NCBI GenBank assembly: GCA_963719515.1
Contig: CAVRCJ010000013.1
Span: 128,001-192,000 of the forward strand
Source: an uncultured cyanobacterium
GTDB taxonomy: Bacteria > Cyanobacteriota > Cyanobacteriia > CAKZMO01
Reading direction: 5' to 3'
Length of the DNA stretch: 64,000 nucleotides
In this document: positions 21,207 through 30,165 of the stretch, in pieces
Position numbering within the stretch: the stretch's first letter is position 1
Layout of the letters: the number at the start of each line of letters is the position of its first letter
Notes under the pieces: generated by a model
The model's database searches: none
What the model saw: the letters and a program-made list of their open reading frames with translations, nothing else
Told to the model about the DNA's origin: nothing
Made by a program: the position numbers and the translations under genes

Positions 21207-22388
21207 TTACTGCTGGGATAGGCGCTTCACAGAAGCCCCACCCAGGCGGCGGTGGGCGTCATTTAGCAAGTCTGGAATTTTGTCGCGATGGGGACTGCGG
21301 GCTAGGCAGGAAGCCAGGACCTTTGGGTCAACGCGACTAGCCTTGTTGCCGGGAAACCAGTGGCTGGCGTTGCCCAGCATGTTGTAGCGGGTTTGGGCGT
21401 AGTCCACCATGTCATAGGCGATCGCCAGGTTTCGCAGCCAAAGAATCGTGGGAATATTGAGGCTACCGGGGGTGTCTTGAGGCGTAGGGAGTCCCTGTCG
21501 CCAGGTTTTATGCCAGTCTTCACCCAGAGCATCGATAGCGGCCCGCTCCAGCCGATGCAAAATGGGCGGTAGAATTTCGTCAGCTCGCTCCAGTAGCGGT
21601 ACCGCTTTGAGGTGCTCGTCAAAATCCGATGGACGGGCCGCGCCAAGGCTAAGGGTATGGACTTGGGGGTGGCTGAGACAAAACAGGTCGTTGAACACCA
21701 TAGGGGATAGAGGCGCGCACAATCTCGCGAGCTTCGCGGGCGGGTCGTAGAGCTGTCCGCCCTTGTCGGAAGGGCTGATGATAAATACCCCCATATCCTG
21801 CTGAGTTGCAGCTTCGATAGCGGGCCAGTTAATTTGATGAATGTAGTACCAGTGGAGATTGACGTAGTCAAACCGCCCGGTTTGGATGGCGCTGACAATG
21901 ACGTCGGTGGGGCCATGGGTAGAAAAGCCCACGAAGCGGACCTTACCCTGCGCCTGCAGCGATCGCACTACGTCCAGACAGCCGCCAGGCTTAATGCTCC
22001 ACTCTAAGTGCTCAGGGGTGTTGATGCCGTGCAGCCCTAGTAGATCGACGTGGTCAAGCTTTAAGTTAGAGAGGGACTGGTCAAATACCTTTAAAAACTC
22101 CTTCGAATTAGCCTTAGGCGAGACTTTAGTTTGAACAATTAGCTGCTCTCGGGGAAGCTTAGGCAGGAGATTACCCAGCTGCGCCTCAGAGGTCCCATAG
22201 CCCCGAGCCGTCTCAATATGGTTGATGCCCACCGCTAGCGATCGCCGAATGGTCGCCTCTAGATTTTCCTGGTTCTTTTGGGGAATCGACCATTGGGGGA
22301 CGTCTTTCCAAGAATGCTGATAGCGCATTCCGCCACAGGAGAAAACGGGCATAGAAAGGTTTGTGCGGCCAAAGCGACGGTACTGCAT
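21207..22388 (-). CDS. Aldo/keto reductase
   Basis: MQYRRFGRT...GINHIETARGYG...GFSTHG. Confidence 0.9.
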   Translation of the reverse strand: MQYRRFGRTNLSMPVFSCGGMRYQHSWKDVPQWSIPQKNQENLEATIRRSLAVGINHIETARGYGTSEAQLGNLLPKLPREQLIVQTKVSPKANSKEFLKVFDQSLSNLKLDHVDLLGLHGINTPEHLEWSIKPGGCLDVVRSLQAQGKVRFVGFSTHGPTDVIVSAIQTGRFDYVNLHWYYIHQINWPAIEAATQQDMGVFIISPSDKGGQLYDPPAKLARLCAPLSPMVFNDLFCLSHPQVHTLSLGAARPSDFDEHLKAVPLLERADEILPPILHRLERAAIDALGEDWHKTWRQGLPTPQDTPGSLNIPTILWLRNLAIAYDMVDYAQTRYNMLGNASHWFPGNKASRVDPKVLASCLARSPHRDKIPDLLNDAHRRLGGASVKRLSQQ

Positions 22389-22432
22389 ACGATGAAATAG
22401 TCAAAGCGGGAGAGCTGAGAGCGGCTACTGCC

Positions 22433-23914
22433 CTAATGTAGCGCGATCTCAGCATCCTCGCGATGATGAATGGCCAGCCGGTCGAGGAGGGTAGAGCTGG
22501 CCTCATTGAGACCAATTAGCTCCACCTCGATGCCGTGCTTACGAAAGCGCAAGACTACTTTGTCCACCGCATCCACCGCTGATTGATCCCAGAGATGGGC
22601 ATGGGTGAGGTCGATAATGACGGTTTCGATCTCTTCACGAAAATCAAACGCCGCTAAAAACGGCTCGACCGAGACGAAGAAAATCTGGCCGCTGACGGTG
22701 TAAATGCGTTTCGCTTCGCTGATTGGGGTCGACTCCACTTCAATGAGAGCGGCAATCTTGCGGCTGAAGAAAATAGCGCTTAGGGCAACGCCAATAACAA
22801 CGCCGATAGCCAGATTGTGGGTGAGCAGCGTGACAATGATCGTCGCCACCATCACCGCTGTCTCACTTTTAGGCACCATGCGAATATTGCGCAAAGACGC
22901 CCAGCTAAACGTGCTGATGGACACCATGATCATCACCGCTACCAAAGCCGCCATAGGGATGCGGGCCACCCAGTCCCCCAACAGCAAAATGCAGGCCATC
23001 AGGAAAATTCCCGCGCTGAGGGTCGAGAGTCTTGTCCGTCCCCCCGAGCGAATATTAATGACCGACTGGCCGATCATGGCGCATCCGGCCATGCCGCCAA
23101 AGAAGCCTGCCACGATATTGGCGACGCCCTGGCCCACGGCCTCCTGATTTTTTTTGCTGCTGGTATCTGTCAAATCGTCGATCACATTTGCCGTCAAGAA
23201 AGACTCCAAAAGCCCCACAAGCGAGAGCGCTAGGGCATAGGGAAGAATGATCTCAATCGTCTCAAACGTCAGGGGCACAGTGGGAATGAACAGCCCCGGC
23301 AGAGTCGAGGGCAGGGTGCCCATATCGCCCACGGTGGGAACATCCCAGCCCATCGTAATGCTGAATCCCGTCAGCACTACGATGGCAATTAGGGGAGAGG
23401 GAATCACCTTGCTGATATAGGGCATGCCGTAGATGATGGCCAATCCCGCCAGGACCAAGAGGTATACTAGGGCCGGCACGTTCTCAAGCTGAGGCAGCTG
23501 GGCGCTGAAAATCAGAATGGCCAGCGCGTTGACAAAACCCAGCATGACGGCGCGGGGCACAAAGCGCATCTGGTTGCCCAATTTTACCCAGCCCCAAATA
23601 ATTTGTAGAATGCCCGTCAAGATGGTGGTGGCAAACAAATAGCTGATGCCATAATCTTTGACCAGCGTTGTCATCAGCAGGGCCATTGCCCCAGTCGCCG
23701 CCGAGATCATGCCCGGTCGCCCGCCCAAAAACGAGGTGACGATCGCAATACAAAACGAGGCGTATAGCCCCACCTTGGGGTCTACCCCAGCGATAATTGA
23801 AAAGGCGATCGCCTCCGGAATCAGCGCGAGCGCAACGACAGCGCCGGCTAGCAGATCATCACGGACGTTCGAAAACCAAGCCTGCTTCGTCAATACGGCG
23901 GTTGAATTCTCCAT
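22433..23914 (-). CDS. SulP family inorganic anion transporter with STAS domain
   Basis: LIPEAIAFS...[13 protein letters not shown]...[12 protein letters not shown] and a C-terminal STAS domain ([11 protein letters not shown]). Confidence 0.93.
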   Translation of the reverse strand: MENSTAVLTKQAWFSNVRDDLLAGAVVALALIPEAIAFSIIAGVDPKVGLYASFCIAIVTSFLGGRPGMISAATGAMALLMTTLVKDYGISYLFATTILTGILQIIWGWVKLGNQMRFVPRAVMLGFVNALAILIFSAQLPQLENVPALVYLLVLAGLAIIYGMPYISKVIPSPLIAIVVLTGFSITMGWDVPTVGDMGTLPSTLPGLFIPTVPLTFETIEIILPYALALSLVGLLESFLTANVIDDLTDTSSKKNQEAVGQGVANIVAGFFGGMAGCAMIGQSVINIRSGGRTRLSTLSAGIFLMACILLLGDWVARIPMAALVAVMIMVSISTFSWASLRNIRMVPKSETAVMVATIIVTLLTHNLAIGVVIGVALSAIFFSRKIAALIEVESTPISEAKRIYTVSGQIFFVSVEPFLAAFDFREEIETVIIDLTHAHLWDQSAVDAVDKVVLRFRKHGIEVELIGLNEASSTLLDRLAIHHREDAEIALH

Positions 23915-24071
23915 TCTTTCCTCTATAACTCCCCCTTGGCTACCCTTCAGTCTTCTCGCAGCCGATGCTTTTGCTAGGCGGTGCGGCCTTGGTCAGCAAA
24001 TCTCTCTATTTACAAGGGAAAACCTCAGATTACGTAAGCTGACGGGGAAAAGACCGCAATAGGGTTGTCAA

Positions 24072-24269
24072 GTGACATACTCCCGACGCTCATCTTTTAG
24101 ATAGAGCGCGGGCTTCTTGGCTCACGCACCACAATTTAATGGATGCCGCGCAAGAAGGTGTCCTGCTTCATCTGGTCCTGTCTAGTTACGCAGCAAGCCG
24201 TGCAACCCCGATTGGATCCCATCGACAGGCGATTTGTTTAATGTCCAGGCAATGACCAACCCCAGACAG
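24072..24269 (-). ncRNA. Putative TnpB omega/reRNA scaffold (copy A)
   Basis: 198-nt ungapped match to 56113-56310 (31 mismatches by hand count) with compensatory changes; abuts the IS right end. Confidence 0.65.
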
Positions 24270-24520
24270 TGACGAGTATTCAATTTCCAGCTACGTTTTC
24301 TACCGTCTGCACTGTTCACCAGCTAAGGGCTGTACGTTTGTGTCAGGATAGCAGGCCGCCGCCATGAAATAGTTTGAGCTTGGTTCAATTGTACCCTTTG
24401 CTCGCCTCGGCGCTGCCCTTAATTGCCGCCTTCGGCATCCAGTCAAGGGCGCACCTCGACTCGCTCGCTTACATCCCGACGCTGATGCTGCGCATACAGC
24501 GCGGGGCTGTCACGAACTAG
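24072..24520 (-). mobile_element. Non-autonomous IS200/IS605-type mini-element (copy A)
   Basis: Minus strand: TTTAG target, LE hairpin CCCGCGCTG...CAGCGTCGGG, no tnpA/tnpB ORF, RE hairpin GAAG-CCCGCGCTC...GAGCGTCGGG-AGTATGTCAC. Homologous to 56113-56534. Confidence 0.85.
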
Positions 24521-24616
24521 CTAAAATTGACTGCTTAGATAGACTGCAGATCGAGCGATAGCAGCCAATAATATCTATAGATAATTTTCTATGCCCTACC
24601 AGTATAAGTTAAAGAT

Positions 24617-25522
24617 ATGCAAAGCAAACAGGCCGCGAACCACCCGCTAGAGCATCGATTTCAGGCTGCTTTGGTGGGTGCCCTTTGGGGCTACGCCCAA
24701 GCGGACACCCAATCTCTCCCTTTTGCTCAGTGGGCCAGCCTCGTCGATTCCAGCCCCCAAACCGCTGAGCAGCTGTGGCGGCGCAGCAGCGGCGAGCCGT
24801 TGACCTTTTTGTTGGCGCTGCTGCCGCTGCTGCTAGCCTACAGTGACGATGAGGCCCAGCTGCGCGGCTGGGGGGCATTGCTAACTGGCCCTGCTGCTGC
24901 CGCTGCCCTCGAGGGCGCGAGCGTGCTGCGTCAAACCGTGGACGCTATTATCGGCGATCGCCCCTTGGGGAGTCTGTCTGAGCAGCACCCCTTCCTCTCT
25001 CCCTATTTACAGACGGCGTCGGCTTACTACGCCAGCGGGTCAGGACTTGTGCAGGTGAAAACGGCCCTAGAGCAGGTAGCTCGCGATCGCAATAGCGTTG
25101 CCCCGGAGTTTGCACCAAAATCCGCCCTGAGCGCCCCAGACTCTGTCGTCGATGTCGCCCCCAGGGTCACTGAAGATATGATTGCCCTGACCCTAGCGCT
25201 CCACAGCGCTTCGCGAACGCCGGGGCAGGTCGAGGTGGCCTGTCGGGCTACGGCTGCCGTGGTTGCCCCGGAGCAGGCGGGCGCTGCCGCGGCAGTCGCA
25301 GGATATCTGTGTGGCCTCACGCAGGGACTATCGGGCCTCTCCCTCGAGCGCTATCAGATGCTCGACGCGAAGCATTCTACCGCTGCAGACCCGGCCATAG
25401 CCACGACGACGGTCACCCAGCTGAGCCAGATCCTCTTGAGCCTGTGGAGCGGCGCGATCAGGCTCCACGCCGGACCGGTGGCGATCGCGATGCCTGGCAT
25501 CCTCCGGGCTGCGCGAGCCTGA
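24617..25522 (+). CDS. ADP-ribosylglycohydrolase-fold protein, apparently degenerate
   Basis: N-terminal RFQAALVGALWG and C-terminal AAAVAGYLCGLTQGLSGL resemble ARH helices; the canonical acidic metal motifs are not evident. Confidence 0.55.
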   Translation: MQSKQAANHPLEHRFQAALVGALWGYAQADTQSLPFAQWASLVDSSPQTAEQLWRRSSGEPLTFLLALLPLLLAYSDDEAQLRGWGALLTGPAAAAALEGASVLRQTVDAIIGDRPLGSLSEQHPFLSPYLQTASAYYASGSGLVQVKTALEQVARDRNSVAPEFAPKSALSAPDSVVDVAPRVTEDMIALTLALHSASRTPGQVEVACRATAAVVAPEQAGAAAAVAGYLCGLTQGLSGLSLERYQMLDAKHSTAADPAIATTTVTQLSQILLSLWSGAIRLHAGPVAIAMPGILRAARA

Positions 25523-25750
25523 TGGGTCGTACCTGTTGAGCTTAGCTATACTATATAGTCAGGGCAACCATGGTTAGGAAAAGGCAAAATTAGGGCAAAA
25601 CTGAATTACCCGTACAATCACCCAGCGGCGTGATCAATAGATTACCACCGGCTGTCGGTTGTACCTGACTCTTTCTTTTGATTAATTCTCAGTGTGTTCT
25701 AGTTGTTGTGCCCTGCGGTTACTGGTTTAGTCGTCTAGCGGTTAGTTGCT

Positions 25751-28390
25751 ATGAAGTCATTTCGCTTAATGGCGCAGCGCTTTGAGCAGTGGTGCTCACC
25801 GACAAACCGCTTATCCGGACGCCGGATGTCGTCGCGGCTTCAGAAGGCTGAGGTCTCTCCATCCTCAAAAGAATCCACCTCGAGGATAGACGCCGCTAGC
25901 GAAAAAAAATTCAGCGAGAATAAATTCAATAGCAAACAGGCCTCTCATGCGGGTACTCTCAGCCCAGCGCTGTCCGTGGAGGCCAATCGCTCCGGTCAGC
26001 GCGCGGCCAATCGTGGTTTGCTGGTCCAGTCTCGGGAATTGATGACCTGGCTAGGTGAGCATCCCTCTTGCTCTGGAACGACCCGCCCTAAACGAAAGAA
26101 GCTCAACCGCTACGCCGGCCCGCTGCTGTTCACTATTGCTGTCACCTCACTGACCAGCGCCGTTGGCTATCGGCTGTACAACAAGCCTCAGCTCAGCGTC
26201 GGGACGACCGCGCCCCAGACGCTGCACGCCCCCAGTACAGCAGCAGTTGAGGACGAAGAGACCACCGAGCAGCAGCGGCTAGAAGCAAGCCAGGGAGCAA
26301 TTCCAGTTCTCGCTATAGATTCTGACGTTAACCAGCGGATCTACCAGTCCCTCTCTCGACTAATTGATATAGGAGAGAACTATCGCGCTCAGGCCGGTCC
26401 CTTTCCATTCGTCGACTCGTCTATTTTGTCGACGACGGCTCAAGACTACCTGCGCACCGTTTCTAAAGAGGGCTGGCAGCGTATCCTCGCCGTGCTGGAA
26501 GACACCGATCAAACTGCCGCTGAGCCTTCTGTCGCCACAGCTCAGCCTACTCAAGAGCTGGCCATCCTTGAGATGCAGGGTTACAAAAACGTCGCTTCAG
26601 CAGACGACTTTTCGGCCCTCAAGCAGTCTATCATCCGGGCTCGGCAGAGCTACAGCGTCGCGGCAACTGCCTTGAGTTCGTCGGATGAACCCTCCACTCT
26701 GTTTGTCGATAGTCGAATTTTATCTCTGAGCGATCGCGACTGGAACCAGATCAAGCAGGTGATGCGCCAGACTCTGGAGAATATTTTGCTTCAGGGAGTT
26801 GCTAGAGGGCTTCCTGACGACCAGCTACAAAAGGCAGTCAGATCGCAGCTCAAAGACGTGGCTCCGCGCGACGCCGTTCCGCTAGCCGTCGCTTTTTTAT
26901 CAGACGCCATTCAGCCCAATTTGATTGAGGATACAGAGCAGACTCGGCTGCAGGCAGAGCGTACAGCAGAGGCGGTAGAGCCGGAGATTGTAGCAATTCG
27001 GCAGGGAGAAATTATCGTCGAGGCGGGTCAGAAGATAGAGCGATCGAACTTTGTCTTGCTCGATCACTTTGGCCTTAGCCGCCGCGGTGTGGACTGGCTA
27101 GGACTCATGGGCTTTGCCGGGGTTGTCGGTGGCTCTGTGGTGATCTTCTTGTTGGTGGAGCGCCGGTTTCATGCCCGCCTGCGACAGAGGGACCATATGC
27201 TGGTGTTGGGTCTGGCCCTCAGTACTCCTCTTCTCCTCGTTGTGAGTTTACCCTCCACTAGCCTGCCTGCCGTGGGGTTGCTGGTCGGCAGCTTTTACGG
27301 CTCGAGTCTGGGGTTGACGGTGGTGGCTCTGTTGGGTGCGATATTGCCCATCGGCATGACAGTTCCGTCTGCGCAGCTGATTTCTAGCGTTGCGGGGGGG
27401 CTAGTGGGCACCCTACTGGCGGGGCGGCTGCGCTCTCGTGAGGAACTGGCGCTGCTGGGAGGTGCTGTGGGCTTAGTTCAAGGGATAGTCTACTTGATCG
27501 TCAGCTTGATTATCAGCACGGCCACCAGTCCTGTTTGGCTGGTCATGCTCACGACTTCCTTTATTCAGGCGCTTATGGGGGTCGCCTGGAGCATCGCGGC
27601 CTTGGGCATCAGCCCTTACTTAGAAAACTTGTTCGACCTGGTGACGCCCATTCGGCTGGTAGAACTATCAAACCCCAACCGACCCACCCTCAAGCGGCTG
27701 GCCTCAGAGGCTCCAGGAACCTTTCAGCATACGCTGTTCGTGGCTAGCCTAGCGGAGGCTGCAGCCCGGGAGTTGGGCTGCAACGTTGAGCTGGTGAGGG
27801 CAGGCACGCTCTATCACGACATCGGCAAGATGCACGACCCCGAGGGATTCATCGAAAATCAAATGGGGGGGACCAACAAACACGACTTGATTGACAACCC
27901 TTGGACCAGCGCCCAAATCATCAAAAAGCACGTCAGCGCGGGATTGGTGATGGCCCGTAAATGCCGCCTGCCAGGAGCAATTCAGGCTTTTATCCCGGAG
28001 CATCAGGGAACGATGCTAATCACCTACTTTTATTACCAGGCCAAGGAGCGCGCCAAGGCAGACCCCACTATTGAGGTCAAAGAAGAGGACTTTCGCTACT
28101 GCGGGCCAACGCCTCAGTCCCGTGAAACAGGTATTGTGATGGTGGCCGACTCTTGCGAAGCGGCCCTGCGATCGCTCAAAGACGCTACCCCCGAAGAAGC
28201 ATTGGCTATGGTGAATCGAATTATGCGAGCCCGCTGGCAAGACAACCAGCTGGTCGACTCGGGGCTAAGCCGCCAAGATATGGCTCGCATTGCCGAGATC
28301 TTTGTGCGGGTGTGGCAGCAGTACAACCACAAACGGATCCCCTACCCGAAAGCGGCGCTCATGCCTCCCCCCTCACCAGTATCGCTCTAG
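25751..28390 (+). CDS. 7TM-HD family phosphohydrolase (PgpH-like)
   Basis: Extracytoplasmic domain and TM bundle, then APGTFQH, YHDIGK, EHQGT, FRYxGPxPQSRE and ADSCEAA. Confidence 0.92.
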   Translation: MKSFRLMAQRFEQWCSPTNRLSGRRMSSRLQKAEVSPSSKESTSRIDAASEKKFSENKFNSKQASHAGTLSPALSVEANRSGQRAANRGLLVQSRELMTWLGEHPSCSGTTRPKRKKLNRYAGPLLFTIAVTSLTSAVGYRLYNKPQLSVGTTAPQTLHAPSTAAVEDEETTEQQRLEASQGAIPVLAIDSDVNQRIYQSLSRLIDIGENYRAQAGPFPFVDSSILSTTAQDYLRTVSKEGWQRILAVLEDTDQTAAEPSVATAQPTQELAILEMQGYKNVASADDFSALKQSIIRARQSYSVAATALSSSDEPSTLFVDSRILSLSDRDWNQIKQVMRQTLENILLQGVARGLPDDQLQKAVRSQLKDVAPRDAVPLAVAFLSDAIQPNLIEDTEQTRLQAERTAEAVEPEIVAIRQGEIIVEAGQKIERSNFVLLDHFGLSRRGVDWLGLMGFAGVVGGSVVIFLLVERRFHARLRQRDHMLVLGLALSTPLLLVVSLPSTSLPAVGLLVGSFYGSSLGLTVVALLGAILPIGMTVPSAQLISSVAGGLVGTLLAGRLRSREELALLGGAVGLVQGIVYLIVSLIISTATSPVWLVMLTTSFIQALMGVAWSIAALGISPYLENLFDLVTPIRLVELSNPNRPTLKRLASEAPGTFQHTLFVASLAEAAARELGCNVELVRAGTLYHDIGKMHDPEGFIENQMGGTNKHDLIDNPWTSAQIIKKHVSAGLVMARKCRLPGAIQAFIPEHQGTMLITYFYYQAKERAKADPTIEVKEEDFRYCGPTPQSRETGIVMVADSCEAALRSLKDATPEEALAMVNRIMRARWQDNQLVDSGLSRQDMARIAEIFVRVWQQYNHKRIPYPKAALMPPPSPVSL

Positions 28391-28719
28391 CGCGATTGCG
28401 ACTTGGGTTAAGCCCGCGATTCAAGCTTCAAGGGCTGTTTCTTCGCAGCAATAGGTTTGGAAAGCTCTCCTCCCCCAATGGTCAACGCTAATTGATAACG
28501 CCCTTCAGCGCCGTTGCTGATGACGCAGATTGCGGGCGACTCGCTCAGGTATGCTTAAAGGCTGAGGGAATATCTTGGCCTTCAAGCACACCTGCTAAAA
28601 AACTCGGCCTGTGATTGGTCCTACAAGCGGCCCGACTCAAACCTAGCCCAAGCTAGTCAAGCTAACCCAGCTGCCAGAAGGCACTAGCGCCACCCGCTAC
28701 TTTCATGAGAACAATCTAG

Positions 28720-29211
28720 ATGACCAAGACCATCCAAACTTTCGAGCTGACGGCGCAGCCGATTACGCCGGAAAACTTTGCGCCCTTTGGTCAGGCTATT
28801 TTTTCCGCTAGCGACGATAGACCTTTTGGGGCGTCTGACGCCCAGCTCGTGCTAGACCAGGGAACACCTCGGTTTTACATCATGCGGCTAACTGGCCGCG
28901 GTCGGCGATTTCACCAAATCACCCGGCATCGCCGTTGCACCCAGTGCTTAGGCTCTTTGGGCGGTCAAGACTGGCTACTAGGCGTTGCCCAACCGGGGCC
29001 AGCGGCGACCCCAGATACAGCGGCGATTCAGGCGTTTCATATTCCAGGCGACTGCTTCGTGAAGCTAAACCTCGGAACCTGGCACGCCGGTCCCTATTTT
29101 GACGCGGAGGTCGTGGATTTCTATAATTTGGAGCTGAGCGACACGAACATCGTTGACCACGACACCTGCAATCTTAGGCAGCAGTATTGTATGGAGTTCA
29201 TGATTGTCTAG
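28720..29211 (+). CDS. Ureidoglycolate lyase-like cupin protein
   Basis: ITPENFAPFGQ, ITRH...TQCLG, GTWHAGP and FYNLELSDTN. Confidence 0.8.
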   Translation: MTKTIQTFELTAQPITPENFAPFGQAIFSASDDRPFGASDAQLVLDQGTPRFYIMRLTGRGRRFHQITRHRRCTQCLGSLGGQDWLLGVAQPGPAATPDTAAIQAFHIPGDCFVKLNLGTWHAGPYFDAEVVDFYNLELSDTNIVDHDTCNLRQQYCMEFMIV

Positions 29212-29227
29212 CAAAACGTGACTTGCC

Positions 29228-30136
29228 CTACTGAGTGGGTGATAGAGTAGGACGCTCGTTCCGACGCCTTTCCTGAAAGAAACCGGCGACGTTGGCCACC
29301 TGCGATAGGAAAAAGAGACCAGATAGGCTCAGCGATCGCCATCCCTGCCGCCGCGTGAGGGGATAGCTCAGCAGCTGTAGATAAAAGGTGAGCGGTTCGA
29401 CTTTGACGGGCTCCGCTTCCCGGCAGCTGCGGACTTTGTGAAAGTGAAACGCGCCCCGTCCATAGTTGAAGTGCTGCCGCCAAAATGAGGTAAGGCCGAG
29501 GGTGTGGGTATGGCGGATCTGCATATTGGGGATGTAGCGCATGGGTAGCTCGTGGTGCTGCCAGCGATCGCAAAATTCCCGGTCTTCGCCCGCCGCCAGG
29601 GGGAAGGTGGTGTCAAATCCGCCGATCTTGTGAAAAGCGTCGCGGGGCATTGCAAAGTTGTTAGAAGCGAAAAAGGTTGCTTCTCCCCCCGAGCGGTTGT
29701 AGTAGTCGTACAGGTAGTCAATCAAAAGCTGACTGCCGGTAGAGTAAAGGTTTTCGGGCAGGGCATTGATGGTGTAACCCCCAATCAGGGCGTCAGGAGC
29801 CTCAGTAAAGGCCGCCGCGATCGCCGTGAGCCAGTCAGACGCAGGCTGACAGTCGTCGTCGGTAAACGCTAGGTAACGCCCTCGGGCCGCCGCTGCGCCC
29901 GCATTTCGAGCGCTAGCCGGTCCGGCATTCTGCTGGCGAAGCAGCCGTACGGGCAGCTGCGATTCGAACGAGTCAATAACGGTACTCATGGGCACCTTGC
30001 TGCCGTCGTCAACCACCACCACCTCGAAGCGATCGCGGGGATAGTCTAGCCGGGTAAGGCTTTGCAGACATTGCTCTAGGCGCTCCGGGCGATTATAGGT
30101 GGGGATGACAACGGAGAAGAAGGGGCGCGGTTCCAT
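29228..30136 (-). CDS. GT2 glycosyltransferase
   Basis: SVVIPTYNR, VVDDGS, GPASARN, FTDDDC and GEDRE. Confidence 0.92.
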   Translation of the reverse strand: MEPRPFFSVVIPTYNRPERLEQCLQSLTRLDYPRDRFEVVVVDDGSKVPMSTVIDSFESQLPVRLLRQQNAGPASARNAGAAAARGRYLAFTDDDCQPASDWLTAIAAAFTEAPDALIGGYTINALPENLYSTGSQLLIDYLYDYYNRSGGEATFFASNNFAMPRDAFHKIGGFDTTFPLAAGEDREFCDRWQHHELPMRYIPNMQIRHTHTLGLTSFWRQHFNYGRGAFHFHKVRSCREAEPVKVEPLTFYLQLLSYPLTRRQGWRSLSLSGLFFLSQVANVAGFFQERRRNERPTLSPTQ

Positions 30137-30165
30137 GGGTATAAAGACCTCTCGATGACTTCAGC

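Noticed and set aside
23915..24071. Riboswitch (fluoride or other) upstream of the SulP gene
   Set aside because: No match to consensus motifs I can recognise.
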